Source of the DNA: Spirochaetota bacterium
Lineage (GTDB): Bacteria; Spirochaetota; UBA6919; CBDBPB01
Length of the DNA: 64,000 bases
Direction: 5' to 3'
NCBI GenBank assembly: GCA_965208615.1
Contig: CBDBPB010000001.1
Coordinates: forward strand, 128,001 to 192,000
In this document: in pieces, positions 39,701-49,116 of the stretch
Layout: the number at the start of each line of letters is the position of its first letter
How positions within the stretch are numbered: position 1 is the stretch's first letter
Position numbers and translations under genes: made by a program
The notes under the pieces: model-generated
What the model was told of the DNA's origin: nothing
The model's input: only the letters and a program-made list of their open reading frames with translations
The model's database searches: none

Positions 39701-40198
39701 CGCCTAATTATATTTGATCCTGTTAATCAGTCTAAGGAGTTAACACATATAGATTTTCCACGTCAGAATAAGGAGCCTTATTTATGTTTATCCGATTATT
39801 TTTTTCCGATATCCTCTAATAAAATGGATCTTATTGCCATTCAGGTTGTTACTGTTGGAGATAAGGTTAGCAAGTTATGTCATGAGCTAAATGAAAAAAA
39901 TAGCTATACAAAAAGTTATTACATACACGGTTTAGCTGTACAAACTGCTGAGGCAATGGCTCAGTATAACCATAACAAAATTAGAGCCGAGTTAAATCTT
40001 GCTAATAATAGAGGAAATAGATATAGCTTTGGCTATTCTAGTTGTCCTAACCTTGAAGAGTCTGGTAAGATAATGTCTATTATGCAGGTAGAAAAGTCTA
40101 TTGGAGTATCCTTAACTGACGGATTTCAGTTAGTACCTGAGCAGTCCACCTCTGCACTCATAATCCATCATCCTGATGCTGTTTATTATAGAGTATAA
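36764..40198 (+). CDS. metH: Cobalamin-dependent methionine synthase
   Basis: DGAMGT, GMNCSTGP, GGCCGT, GERIN, cobalamin-binding GDVHDIGKN, RYSFGY and PEQSTSA. Confidence 0.97.
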   Translation: MPSRFLEELNNRILIFDGAMGTSIQGYNLKYDDYKGKDGCNEYLVITRANIIKEIHKSYLEAGCDVIETNTFGANRFKLKEYALDDKIYEINYKASCIAREVADSFSTKEKPRFVVGSIGPSGFLPSSSDPDLSKVQFDELAYVFAEQAKALVDGGVDALLIETSQDMLEVKSAIYGIKKFFKENGNKLPLIVQITLDTSGKMLLGTDITSALTTIESMEADVIGMNCSTGPKDMRDPARYLCENTNLKISIIPNAGIPVNQDGKAVYLLSPDKMAEQLSDFIKEFGVNIIGGCCGTSPDHIRELSKAFATIPPKQRRVDKNVYVSSSMKSVCLKQEPRPLIVGERINAQGSRKVKRLLLEEDYQSIIKIAREQLNYGAHILDVCVAITERDDEPETMQKLLKLLSMSIETPVMVDSTDYNVVEIALKNYAGTIIVNSINLENGREKADKILSLINDYGGAVVALTIDEKGMAKTLDRKIEISQKLYDIYVNEYNFKPGSLIIDLLTFTLATGEDEWKNSAIETINAIKEIKSRFPKVLTSLGVSNCSFGLNPYARKILNSIYLYHSVQAGLDIAMVNPKDIIPYPSIPNKERVLVENLIFNRSDNALSDLIAHFEKNDKPKNNKKTSSNLLSVEETIHNKVLHRDSDQIEELLDEAMEKYSPVEVLNNILLNAMKDVGDKFGTGELILPFVLQSAEVMKKAVNYLEGFLEDKAISTKAAVLLATVYGDVHDIGKNLFKTILTNNGYVVHDIGKQVPVQTIIEKAVKLKVDAIGLSALLVSTSKQMAICIEELYKNGYNYPVLIGGAAINQDYGYRIAFVDDKTIYSGGVFYGKDVFQGLEIMDSLSDKDKKHLIIKENKDKAIKYIGKKKNKSKVPEEKTIKKSNINRVNDIPNPPFWGTKVILEKDINMNELFDNLNLTELFRLSWGGRGKKLSEYKLLVENEFKPLLNNLKQYIKENSIFSPKIVYGYFPCLSHEDRLIIFDPVNQSKELTHIDFPRQNKEPYLCLSDYFFPISSNKMDLIAIQVVTVGDKVSKLCHELNEKNSYTKSYYIHGLAVQTAEAMAQYNHNKIRAELNLANNRGNRYSFGYSSCPNLEESGKIMSIMQVEKSIGVSLTDGFQLVPEQSTSALIIHHPDAVYYRV

Positions 40199-40205
40199 TG
40201 ATATT

Positions 40206-40233
40206 TAATCGGCAGTATAGTCTTTTAGCTTTA
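40206..40233 (-). promoter_or_regulatory. Sigma-28-like promoter oriented antisense to the metH 3' end
   Basis: Minus strand TAAA-N16-GCCGATTA. Confidence 0.45.
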
Positions 40234-40524
40234 ATTATATTTTTACGATTTTTAATATCTTAAACCTTTTAAAAACTAAGCCTTTTAAATATTAGCATTA
40301 CTATGTTGTAGTATAGAGCTAACTTTAATATTACTAATAAGATAAAAAGTATACTTTTATAGTTTTAATTCAAAATTATATTGCTATTATTCAAATTGAA
40401 CTTTGAATTAAAATATATTAAAAATTAATGTTCATTGGTCTATAAAATATAAAATAGTTTGCCGAATTATTATTTATAATAAGTTATTTAGAGCGTTAAA
40501 GCTAACTCTTTATAAGGAACGTTT

Positions 40525-40680
40525 ATGATAACTAAAAATTACTTAAAACTCAGATCCAGAATTGCAGGAGCATTAAGTAATGCCATTATTAAAGATCCAG
40601 CAGTTGATAAGGGTATGTTAGATAAAGCTTTTAAAGAAGCTTGTCAAACCTTAATTAAAAAGGGTAAGTTAAGTATGTAA
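40525..40680 (+). CDS. 51-aa hypothetical protein (not in the ORF track)
   Basis: AAGGA RBS plus ATG; MITKNYLKLRSRIAGALSNAIIKDPAVDKGMLDKAFKEACQTLIKKGKLSM*; higher GC than the flanking DNA. Confidence 0.65.
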   Translation: MITKNYLKLRSRIAGALSNAIIKDPAVDKGMLDKAFKEACQTLIKKGKLSM

Positions 40681-40766
40681 AGTTGCACAATGTTAAATTA
40701 TTATCTTAAGTATATAATTTTTAATAATTAGACTAAATTTAAAAAGTTTTTTATAAGTTCAATTAG

Positions 40767-40792
40767 TTATAAAGACATATATGTCTTTATAA
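40767..40792. terminator. Perfect 26-bp palindrome between the convergent rplQ and 51-aa ORF; probable terminator
   Basis: TTATAAAGACATATATGTCTTTATAA, 15 bp beyond the rplQ stop. Confidence 0.6.
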
Positions 40793-40807
40793 ATTGATTT
40801 TGAGGAT

Positions 40808-41329
40808 CTAGTTTTTATCTTTTTCTATATCCTTTTCAATATCATTAGTTTTACTTTCTTTAACTTGGCTTTTTTTATCTTTAGAATCAGTTTTAATACT
40901 AGATTTATCTTTAGAGTCTTTTTGTCTTTTATCCTTTTTAGACGACTTCTTTTTATCCGAAGGATATAACTGTTCCTCTACAAGCTCAATGAAAGCCATT
41001 TTACTATTATCACCTTTTCTTAACATAGAAAGACGTATTATCCTGGTGTATCCTCCATTACGATTAGTATACCTAGGAGCGATATTTTCAAAAAGCTTAT
41101 TAATAAGCTTACGATTCTTAACTTTCCTAAGCAAAAGTCGTTTATTATGTAAGCTTTCAACTTTTGCTCTAGTAATTATCGGCTCAATAACACGTCTTAA
41201 CTCCTTAGCCTTAGCCAGAGTTGTTTTAACACGTTCATGCTTAAGCAAAGATGATGCCATATTTAACAACATAGCCTTCTTATGCGACGAAGTTTTTCCA
41301 AGTTTTCTACCAGCAACTCGATGTTTCAT
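40808..41329 (-). CDS. rplQ: 50S ribosomal protein L17 with Lys/Asp-rich tail
   Basis: MKHRVAGRKLG, TTLAKAKELR and RNGGYTRI. Confidence 0.98.
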   Translation of the reverse strand: MKHRVAGRKLGKTSSHKKAMLLNMASSLLKHERVKTTLAKAKELRRVIEPIITRAKVESLHNKRLLLRKVKNRKLINKLFENIAPRYTNRNGGYTRIIRLSMLRKGDNSKMAFIELVEEQLYPSDKKKSSKKDKRQKDSKDKSSIKTDSKDKKSQVKESKTNDIEKDIEKDKN

Positions 41330-41341
41330 ATGTTACCTACA

Positions 41342-42364
41342 TTATATGTTTATTTTATTTTTATGGGTTATATTTTTCATTCCAAAGTTTAAGCTTAATG
41401 AATTAAGTTTATTTTGAATTTCGGTAATCGATTTTTTTCCAAGATTCTTAATCTTAGCAATTTCCTCTTCAGTTTTAATTACTAAATCACCAACAGTTTT
41501 TACCCCAGCTACCCTAAGACAATTAGAAGAGCGTACAGAAAGTTCAAGCTCCTCAATAGCTGTACTAAGAAGAGCCCTAAGACGTTCTTCTTCAGGATCT
41601 TCTTTTGTTTCCTCTGGCTCTTCTTCTTCTTCAAAGTTAATGAAACATGTAAAATGCTCTTTTAATATTTTAGCCGCATCAGCAACAGCATCATTAGGAG
41701 CAATTGTACCATCAGTCCAAACTTCTATAGTAAATTTATCATAATCGGTTCTCTGCCCAACCCTGGTATTCTCTACATTAAAATTAACCTTAATAACAGG
41801 ACTAAAAATAGCATCTATAGGAACAGTTCCAATAGTTTGAATATATTCTATATTTCGTTCTGCAGGCACATATCCCCTACCAAGATCAATCTGTAACTCA
41901 AAGAATAAAGAAGCATCATCGTTTAAAGTAGCAATATGCTGATCCGGATTATATATTTCTATATTAGCATCAATTTTTAGATCACCAGCAGTTATTGCAC
42001 CGTTCCCTTTTTTTTCAATAAAAATAGTTCTGCTATCAAGATCATCTAGTAGCCTTATTTTTGCCTTTTTAAGGTTTTGGACTATAATACTAGTATCTTC
42101 ATATATCCCATAAATACTTTCAAATTCATTAGAAAGAAGGGTATTTTTACCCTCACCATCAATATACTCTAATCTTAAAGCAGTAACAGCATATCCCTGT
42201 ATAGATGAGAGAAGAGTTCTACGTAAAGAATTAGCAATAGTAATACCATATCCTCTTTCAAAAGGAGCTGCTATAAAGCGTCCATAAAATGGATTTAGTT
42301 CTTCGTGCTCAAAAATAATATTTTTTGGTCTTTTAAAATCTCGTAATAAATTTTTATGAACCAT
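41342..42364 (-). CDS. rpoA: RNA polymerase alpha subunit
   Basis: PFERGYGITIANSLRRTLLSSI, GRGYVPA, RVGQRTDYD and LELSVRSSNCL. Confidence 0.98.
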   Translation of the reverse strand: MVHKNLLRDFKRPKNIIFEHEELNPFYGRFIAAPFERGYGITIANSLRRTLLSSIQGYAVTALRLEYIDGEGKNTLLSNEFESIYGIYEDTSIIVQNLKKAKIRLLDDLDSRTIFIEKKGNGAITAGDLKIDANIEIYNPDQHIATLNDDASLFFELQIDLGRGYVPAERNIEYIQTIGTVPIDAIFSPVIKVNFNVENTRVGQRTDYDKFTIEVWTDGTIAPNDAVADAAKILKEHFTCFINFEEEEEPEETKEDPEEERLRALLSTAIEELELSVRSSNCLRVAGVKTVGDLVIKTEEEIAKIKNLGKKSITEIQNKLNSLSLNFGMKNITHKNKINI

Positions 42365-42379
42365 TCTTTCAACCTAAAA

Positions 42380-43000
42380 TTATTTAGAATAGAATTCAAC
42401 AATAAGCTGTTCATTAGCAGCTATCCGAATATCTTCTCTGACAGGCAGATGAATGATTTTAACTTTAACCTCATTTTCATCTACTTCTATCCAAGAAGGT
42501 CTTTCTTCCTTTTTTAACCCCTCACGGATCACACCTAAATTTTTACTTTCCTGTTTGGCTTCAATTATATCTCCAGACCTAATTTGAAATGAAGGTATAT
42601 TAACTTTACGCCCATTAACTTTAAAATGTCCGTGATTTACAAGTTGCCTAGCCTGACTTCGTGAAGAAGCAAAATTACTTTTATAAACAATATTATCTAA
42701 CCTTCTTTCTAAGAAAATTAGCAAATTATCCCCAGTTTTACCAAGTTTACTATCTGCTCTTACAAAAGTATTATAAAACTGCTTTTCTAAAAGGCCATAC
42801 ATTCTCTTAACCTTTTGCTTTTCTCTAAGCTCTAAACCGTAGTCAGTTATTTTTCTCATTCGTTTTTTACCCCGCACACCGGGAGTAGATTTTCTTTTAA
42901 CCACAGCACATTTAGGCGAAAAACATCGAGTTCCCTTTAAAAAAAGCTGTGTTTTTTCAGCCCTACATAACCGACAAACTGCTCCAATATGTCTACCCAT
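42380..43000 (-). CDS. rpsD: 30S ribosomal protein S4 (Cys-containing type)
   Basis: CRLCR, LERRLDN, ARQLVNHGH and VEFYSK. Confidence 0.98.
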   Translation of the reverse strand: MGRHIGAVCRLCRAEKTQLFLKGTRCFSPKCAVVKRKSTPGVRGKKRMRKITDYGLELREKQKVKRMYGLLEKQFYNTFVRADSKLGKTGDNLLIFLERRLDNIVYKSNFASSRSQARQLVNHGHFKVNGRKVNIPSFQIRSGDIIEAKQESKNLGVIREGLKKEERPSWIEVDENEVKVKIIHLPVREDIRIAANEQLIVEFYSK

Positions 43001-43053
43001 ACTTACCTCTATGCTAATAACAATTTAAATTAACCTAAAAACAATGTTAAAAT

Positions 43054-43443
43054 TCATACTCTTCTTCTTTTTGAAGGCCTACAACCATTATGGGGTATAG
43101 GAGTAACATCCTTAATCATAGTTATTTTTAATCCAGCATTCTTCAAAGCTCTAATTGCAGCCTCTCTACCCACACCCGGACCTTTAACTTGAACAACAAT
43201 TGATTGCAAACCATGTTCCATAGCTTTTTTAGCAGCATTCTCAGAAGTCATTTGAGCGGCAAAAGGAGTACTCTTCTTAGCACCCTTAAAACCCAGACTC
43301 CCAGCGCTAGAAGATGAAATAGAGTTACCCCTAACATCACTAACAGTTACAATAGTATTATTAAAACTAGCTTTAATATGAACTATACCTTTTACAATAT
43401 TTTTCTTTTCTTTCTTTTTGGTTTTTTTCTTTGTAGTAGCCAA
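43054..43443 (-). CDS. rpsK: 30S ribosomal protein S11
   Basis: [15 protein letters not shown] and [12 protein letters not shown]. Confidence 0.98.
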   Translation of the reverse strand: MATTKKKTKKKEKKNIVKGIVHIKASFNNTIVTVSDVRGNSISSSSAGSLGFKGAKKSTPFAAQMTSENAAKKAMEHGLQSIVVQVKGPGVGREAAIRALKNAGLKITMIKDVTPIPHNGCRPSKRRRV

Positions 43444-43458
43444 ATTAAAATCCCCTAA

Positions 43459-43818
43459 TTATTTTTTCTTACTACCAGATCTTTTTTTCCATGTGTTAGC
43501 ATTAGTACGGGTTCGCTGACCTCTAACAGGTAAACTCCTTCTATGCCTTAAGCCTCTATAACATCCTATTTCCATAAGACGCTTTATATTCATAGACACT
43601 TCAGTTCGCATATCACCTTCTACTTTATAATTAGAGCTAATATATTCCCTAATTTTAATTAACTGATCTTCAGATAAGTTTCTCATTTTAGTATTTATAT
43701 CAATACTTAACTCTTTAACAATCTTTTTAGCTCTAGACCTACCAATACCATAAATATATGTTAATGATATTTCTACTCGTTTATTGGATGGTAAATCAAC
43801 ACCTGCTATTCTCGCCAT
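43459..43818 (-). CDS. rpsM: 30S ribosomal protein S13
   Basis: [18 protein letters not shown] and [17 protein letters not shown]. Confidence 0.98.
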   Translation of the reverse strand: MARIAGVDLPSNKRVEISLTYIYGIGRSRAKKIVKELSIDINTKMRNLSEDQLIKIREYISSNYKVEGDMRTEVSMNIKRLMEIGCYRGLRHRRSLPVRGQRTRTNANTWKKRSGSKKK

Positions 43819-43839
43819 TATAATATTCCTTTTTACTTA

Positions 43840-43953
43840 TTATTTTTGTCTCTGTTTATGCTTAGGATTTTTACAAATAACCCTAAGTACACCTTTACGC
43901 CTTATAACCTTACACTTCTCACAAATTGCCTTTACACTAACCCTTACTTTCAT
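43840..43953 (-). CDS. rpmJ: 50S ribosomal protein L36 (not in the ORF track)
   Basis: Manual translation [37 protein letters not shown]. Confidence 0.97.
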   Translation of the reverse strand: MKVRVSVKAICEKCKVIRRKGVLRVICKNPKHKQRQK

Positions 43954-43968
43954 TTTTACCTCTTTACC

Positions 43969-44187
43969 TCATTTAAATCTATAAGTAATTCGTCCTCTAG
44001 ATAGGTCATAAGGTGATAGTTCAATAGTAACCCGATCACCAGGAAGAATTCGTATAAAATTCATTCTCATTTTACCTGAAATATGAGCCAAAACTTTATG
44101 TCCATTATCCAGCTCCACTCTAAACATAGCGTTCGGCAACGGCTCTAACACTTTACCTTCCACTTCTATAGCATCTTCTTTTGGCAA
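43969..44187 (-). CDS. infA: Translation initiation factor IF-1
   Basis: [17 protein letters not shown] and [10 protein letters not shown]; TTG start. Confidence 0.98.
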   Translation of the reverse strand: MPKEDAIEVEGKVLEPLPNAMFRVELDNGHKVLAHISGKMRMNFIRILPGDRVTIELSPYDLSRGRITYRFK

Positions 44188-44340
44188 TTAAAACTCCTAA
44201 AAGTTAATTTTACATAAGACTAAAAACTCTACTAGTAAACCCATAGCAAAGAGGCCAAATAAGATATTTAACTAAATATACCTCTACCTCTTATCTTACA
44301 ATAAAAAAACTTATAACTCAAAATACAAAGTTATTTTAAC

Positions 44341-45675
44341 CTATCTTCTACCTCTTAACTTACCTTTTTTCATAAAACCACTTAAATTACGAGTTAATAA
44401 ATGAGACTCTATCTGCTTAGCAGTATCTAATCCCACCCCAACCATAATCAACAACGAAGTTCCCCCCATTAAATAACGGAAATTAGGCGGTATATTCGTT
44501 GTAAACTCGTAGACTAAATCTGGAAAAATAGCAACAAATCCTAAAAAAATAGAACCAGGTAACGTTATTCTATTCAATACCTTAGATAAATAAGAAGAAG
44601 TATGAGTTCCAGGCCTTATACCTGGTATAAATCCCCCTTCTTTTTTAAGCCTGTCAGCAATCTCAACAGGATTAAAATAAATAGCAGTATAAAAATAAGC
44701 AAAAAATATAACCATAAATAAATATAAGATAATATACGGTGCATGACCAGGTGATAAATTATTAGCAATACTACTTAATGTTTCATTACCTGAACCAAAT
44801 GCCCCAATTAGATATGCAGGGAACATAATGACTGACGTAGCAAAAATTATAGGAATAACTCCACTAGGATTAATCTTAAATGGAATATGAGTAGACTGAG
44901 CTCCATACATACGATTGCCTATAACTCTTTTAGCATATTGAACAGGAATCTTTCTAGTAGCAGTTTGCTCAGCAACTACCAAACCTATTAATACAGCAAA
45001 AATAAAAAATACTATTACTAAAGTAATAGCGTTTAAATTACCATCTTTAACTGTTGTAAAAAGTTCAACTAACGACATTGGAAGACGAGCAACAATACCA
45101 GCAAAAATAAGTAAAGATACACCATTACCAATTCCTTTCTCAGTTATACGCTCTCCCAACCAAAGAAGAAACATACTACCAGTGGTCATAGTTAAAACAA
45201 AAGTCAAATAAAAACCCCAATCCATCCCACCTGGAACAACATCAGTACTTTTTGAGTAAACAGTGTTTTTTAAAAGTATTATAAGCCCAATAGATTGGAT
45301 TATACAAAGAAGAACAGTACCATATTTAGTATATAGTTCGATTTTCTTTTGTCCATAACTACCCTCTTTAGAGAGTTTATCCAACGCAGGAATTACAACT
45401 TTAAGCAACTGCATTATTATAGATGAACTAATATATGGCATAATGCCCAAAGCAAAAAGAGAAAATTGCCCCAAAGCTCCACCAGAAAAAAGATTTAATA
45501 AACCAAGAATACCTGTCTGTGAAGCTTCTCCAAAAGCCTCAAACAAAGCCGAAGGATCAATACCAGGACATGGGATTTGAGCACCAATCCTAAAAACAGT
45601 TAAGATAAATATGGTAAATAATACCCTATCCCTAAGGTCTTTAACCATAAATATATTCTTAATTACTTTAATCAT
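44341..45675 (-). CDS. secY: Preprotein translocase subunit SecY
   Basis: ALGIMPYISSSII, GIGNGVSL, GVIPIIFA, FIPGIRPG and GGTSLLI. Confidence 0.98.
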   Translation of the reverse strand: MIKVIKNIFMVKDLRDRVLFTIFILTVFRIGAQIPCPGIDPSALFEAFGEASQTGILGLLNLFSGGALGQFSLFALGIMPYISSSIIMQLLKVVIPALDKLSKEGSYGQKKIELYTKYGTVLLCIIQSIGLIILLKNTVYSKSTDVVPGGMDWGFYLTFVLTMTTGSMFLLWLGERITEKGIGNGVSLLIFAGIVARLPMSLVELFTTVKDGNLNAITLVIVFFIFAVLIGLVVAEQTATRKIPVQYAKRVIGNRMYGAQSTHIPFKINPSGVIPIIFATSVIMFPAYLIGAFGSGNETLSSIANNLSPGHAPYIILYLFMVIFFAYFYTAIYFNPVEIADRLKKEGGFIPGIRPGTHTSSYLSKVLNRITLPGSIFLGFVAIFPDLVYEFTTNIPPNFRYLMGGTSLLIMVGVGLDTAKQIESHLLTRNLSGFMKKGKLRGRR

Positions 45676-45712
45676 AATATTCCTTTATTTACTATGTAAG
45701 CCTAGAGTATCC

Positions 45713-46156
45713 CTAATCTTGCTTTATAAAATTAGCACCAATTTTATCAATCTTTTCTTTAGCCGATTTAGATATAGCATTTAGCTTAATAGTAAGCTTT
45801 TTATTCAGTTCCCCATTACCAAGCAGCTTAACTCGTTCACTATTTTTTCTAATCAATCCCTTTTTTTTCAGAGAAACAATATTAACTTCTTCAGATCCAT
45901 CAAATACATTCAATAAACCAATATTTATAACATTAACTTCTTTTCTAAAAATATTATTAAAACCCTTTTTAGGTAGCCTTCTATATATGGGCATTTGTCC
46001 GCCTTCAAACCCTACATAAGGATTAGCACTACCAGAACGAGACTTAGCGCCACCATGACCTCTAGTAGAGGTTTTACCATGCCCACTTCCTGTACCTCGT
46101 CCAACTCGTTTAGGCTTTTTAATGGAACCTTTATTTGGTTTTAGTTTAAAATCCAT
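45713..46156 (-). CDS. rplO: 50S ribosomal protein L15
   Basis: RVGRGTGSGHGKT and GFEGGQMPIYRRLPK. Confidence 0.98.
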   Translation of the reverse strand: MDFKLKPNKGSIKKPKRVGRGTGSGHGKTSTRGHGGAKSRSGSANPYVGFEGGQMPIYRRLPKKGFNNIFRKEVNVINIGLLNVFDGSEEVNIVSLKKKGLIRKNSERVKLLGNGELNKKLTIKLNAISKSAKEKIDKIGANFIKQD

Positions 46157-46169
46157 AAGTCCTCCAACA

Positions 46170-46349
46170 CTATTCTACAATAGTAACAAGGTGTTTAACT
46201 TTTTCTACCATACCCAATATAGCATTATTCTTTTTTTGAATAACAATCTGATTAATTCTTCTTAGTCCAAGAGCTTTTAAAGTCAGTTTTTGATTTTTTG
46301 TTTTACCAATAGGACTTCTTAGCAATTTTATCTTAAGTTCTTTATCCAC
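46170..46349 (-). CDS. rpmD: 50S ribosomal protein L30
   Basis: RSPIG...TLKALGLRRI...KVKHLV; GTG start at 46349. Confidence 0.95.
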   Translation of the reverse strand: MDKELKIKLLRSPIGKTKNQKLTLKALGLRRINQIVIQKKNNAILGMVEKVKHLVTIVE

Positions 46350-46359
46350 AATTAACACC

Positions 46360-46863
46360 TTATTTAAATATTTCCATTATTTTTTTACCCCGCTTTTTAG
46401 CTTCAACCTCAACATCTTTAAGAGACTTAAGTCCATGATAAGTTGCTTTAACAACATTTAACGCATTTTTAGTTCCCTGAACCTTTGAAAGTATATCATG
46501 TATACCTGCATACTCAAGCACAGTCTTGACTGCTCCCCCAGCTATTAGTCCAGTTCCTGGAGTAGCAGGCTTCATCCAGACTCTACCGCTACCAAACTTT
46601 CCAATTATTTCATGAGATATTGTATTTTTTTTAATACATACTTTTATAAGATTCTTTTTTGCATCTTCTACACCCTTACCTATAGCATCTGGAACTTCAT
46701 TAGCTTTACCAAAGCCTATTCCAACATGACCAGCTTTATCACCAACAACCATTAACGCACTAAAACTAAAACGTCTACCACCTTTTACTACCTTAGCACA
46801 ACGATTTAGTTTAACTAACTTTTCACTTAAGTTTAACTTATTTGGGTTAATTTTCTCTCTCAT
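46360..46863 (-). CDS. rpsE: 30S ribosomal protein S5
   Basis: [14 protein letters not shown] and GTGLIAGG. Confidence 0.98.
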   Translation of the reverse strand: MREKINPNKLNLSEKLVKLNRCAKVVKGGRRFSFSALMVVGDKAGHVGIGFGKANEVPDAIGKGVEDAKKNLIKVCIKKNTISHEIIGKFGSGRVWMKPATPGTGLIAGGAVKTVLEYAGIHDILSKVQGTKNALNVVKATYHGLKSLKDVEVEAKKRGKKIMEIFK

Positions 46864-46886
46864 TATAAATCACCATTAGTTTTAGT

Positions 46887-47252
46887 TTAAAAAATCAGTC
46901 CACCTTCACGACAGGCATCAGCCAAAGCTTTAACTCTCCCATGAAATGGATAACCGTTTCTATCAAATATAACTTTAGTTATTTTTTTACTCTTAGCTCT
47001 TTCTGCCAATAACTTTCCTACAGAAGTCGCCGTTTCCTTATTACATCTAGAAGTACTGCTTATAAGAGCCAAAGATTTATCCAGCGTTGATGCCATACAT
47101 AAAGTATTATGATTATCATCATCAATTAGTTGGGCATAAATATTTTTACAACTTTTAAAGACAGTCAGCCTAGGACGCTCTAAAGTTCCTCTAATTTTAT
47201 TCCTAATAGACTTTTTTCTTCTAGCTCTTTTTACTCGTTTATCAATTATCAT
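46887..47252 (-). CDS. rplR: 50S ribosomal protein L18
   Basis: RPRLTVFKS, IYAQLIDD and FDRNGYPFHGRV. Confidence 0.98.
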   Translation of the reverse strand: MIIDKRVKRARRKKSIRNKIRGTLERPRLTVFKSCKNIYAQLIDDDNHNTLCMASTLDKSLALISSTSRCNKETATSVGKLLAERAKSKKITKVIFDRNGYPFHGRVKALADACREGGLIF

Positions 47253-47271
47253 AGTTTACCTGTTAATAAGT

Positions 47272-47817
47272 TTATTTTGCAGATTTACCAGCTTTCTGTT
47301 TCACAATTTCTTCTGCATATTTAATACCTTTTCGCTTATAAGGTTCAGGAGGTCTTATTTGCCTTATTAAAGCCGCAACTTGTCCCAAAAGCTGTTTATC
47401 ATAACCTGAAAGAGTAATAACAATGTTATCATCTATTTTGCAGTTGATCCCCTTAGGTAGCTTAAAATGGACAGGGTGAGAATATCCTACTTGAAAAGTA
47501 ATTTCATCTTTCCCTTTTAGCTGTGCCCTATAACCAACGCCTTTTAACTCAAGCTTCCGAGTAAATCCTTCACTAACTCCAATAACCATATTATTTAGTA
47601 AGCTTCTATAAAGACCATGAAGAGCCTTTTTTTCTTTTGAGTCACTTTCACGTTTTACAAGAACTCTATTTTCATTTATATCAAAAGAAATTCCATCCCT
47701 AATATTTTGACTAAGCTCACCCTTTACACCTGATACCTTTAATACCTTATCATTTTCTAGAAAAACTACTTTAACCTTATCTGGAATTCTAACTTCTTTT
47801 AAACCTATTCGTGACAT
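47272..47817 (-). CDS. rplF: 50S ribosomal protein L6
   Basis: MSRIG start at 47817, GVGYRA, GYSHP and RPPEPYKRKGI. Confidence 0.97.
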   Translation of the reverse strand: MSRIGLKEVRIPDKVKVVFLENDKVLKVSGVKGELSQNIRDGISFDINENRVLVKRESDSKEKKALHGLYRSLLNNMVIGVSEGFTRKLELKGVGYRAQLKGKDEITFQVGYSHPVHFKLPKGINCKIDDNIVITLSGYDKQLLGQVAALIRQIRPPEPYKRKGIKYAEEIVKQKAGKSAK

Positions 47818-47827
47818 AATATCCTCT

Positions 47828-48227
47828 TTACCAAATGTAACAGAGTATTTCTCCACCAACATTCATTTCTTCTCGAGCTTTTTTACCAGTAAGAATCCCT
47901 TTGGAAGTTGAAACAATAACTACTCCCAAGCCATTCAAAATTCTAGGAATATCTTTAGCCTTTTTATAAACACGCCTTCCCTGCTTACTAACCCTTTTTA
48001 TATTGGTGATTACTTTTTGATTATCATCAGTATACTTCAAAAATACTCTAATACAATTAATATTTTTTAAGCTCTACTAGCTTAAAGTTTTTAATAAAGC
48101 CTTCATTCTTAAAGATTTTGATCATCTCAAGTTTAACCTTAGACAAGGATATTTCCACTTTTTCATGTCTTGCCTGAGAAGCATTTTTTATCATAGAAAT
48201 CATATTAGCAATTGTATCAACACTCAC
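47828..48227 (-). CDS. rpsH: 30S ribosomal protein S8, with an apparent +1 frameshift in an A6 run
   Basis: GTG at 48227 gives [16 protein letters not shown]...[12 protein letters not shown]; removing one A from CTTAAAAAATATT (+ strand T run 48063-48068) joins it to ...RVFLKYTDD...IVSTSKG...GGEILCYIW, 132 aa. Confidence 0.93.
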
Positions 48228-48240
48228 AATATCCTCCTTT

Positions 48241-48426
48241 TTACCAACTTGATTTTGTTACACCTGGGATAAGGCCTTCATTAGCTAACTTTCTAAAACA
48301 TATACGACACATTTTAAATTTTCTCAAATAACTTCTTGATCTACCACATATTTTACATCTATTATATTCACGAGTTTTATATTTTTGTTTTCTTTTTTGT
48401 TTAGCAATCATCGATTTTTTAGCCAT
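48241..48426 (-). CDS. rpsN: 30S ribosomal protein S14 type Z
   Basis: 61 aa; RCKICGR...MCRICFR...IPGVTKSSW. Confidence 0.97.
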   Translation of the reverse strand: MAKKSMIAKQKRKQKYKTREYNRCKICGRSRSYLRKFKMCRICFRKLANEGLIPGVTKSSW

Positions 48427-48556
48427 TACTATTCCTTTTCATAAATAAGTATACTTAAAGCTTTTCATAGCTTTTAATATTATCTAAATAATAAATATTT
48501 TACTTACTAAATTATACATTTTTTATAGTATAAAAACAAATATAATATATTGATCT

Positions 48557-49099
48557 TTAATTTCTAAAAGGCATTCCAAAATATTTTAACAATGCTTTCG
48601 CCTCATCATCAGTATTAGCAGTGGTAACAATACTAATATCCATACCGTGTATTTTTTCAACCTTATCATAATTTATTTCTGGAAAAATAATTTGTTCCTT
48701 AATCCCTAAAGAATAGTTACCTCTCCCATCAAACGACTTTCCTGAAACACCTTTAAAATCTCTAACCCGTGGAAGTGCAATACTTACAAGCCTATCAAGG
48801 AATTCATACATAGTCTTTCCTCGCAAAGTTACCTTACAACCAATTTTATAGCCTTCCCTAAGCTTAAAGTTAGATATAGATTTTCTAGCCACAGTTTTAA
48901 TAGGCCTCTGACCAGTAATAGTAGATAGTTCGCTAACAGCTATGTCTAAAAGCTTTTTATTTTCTATAGCTTTTCCAAGACCAACATTTAGAACAATCTT
49001 AACTAACTTAGGTATAGCCATTACATTCTTATAGCCTTTTTCTTTTCCTAAAGCAGGAACAATTTCTTTTTTATACTTAGTATATAACCTTGGCTCCAT
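48557..49099 (-). CDS. rplE: 50S ribosomal protein L5
   Basis: ITGQRP, LPRVRDF and FDGRGNY; ATG at 49099 with GAGG RBS. Confidence 0.97.
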   Translation of the reverse strand: MEPRLYTKYKKEIVPALGKEKGYKNVMAIPKLVKIVLNVGLGKAIENKKLLDIAVSELSTITGQRPIKTVARKSISNFKLREGYKIGCKVTLRGKTMYEFLDRLVSIALPRVRDFKGVSGKSFDGRGNYSLGIKEQIIFPEINYDKVEKIHGMDISIVTTANTDDEAKALLKYFGMPFRN

Positions 49100-49116
49100 T
49101 ATTGACCTCAATTTAA

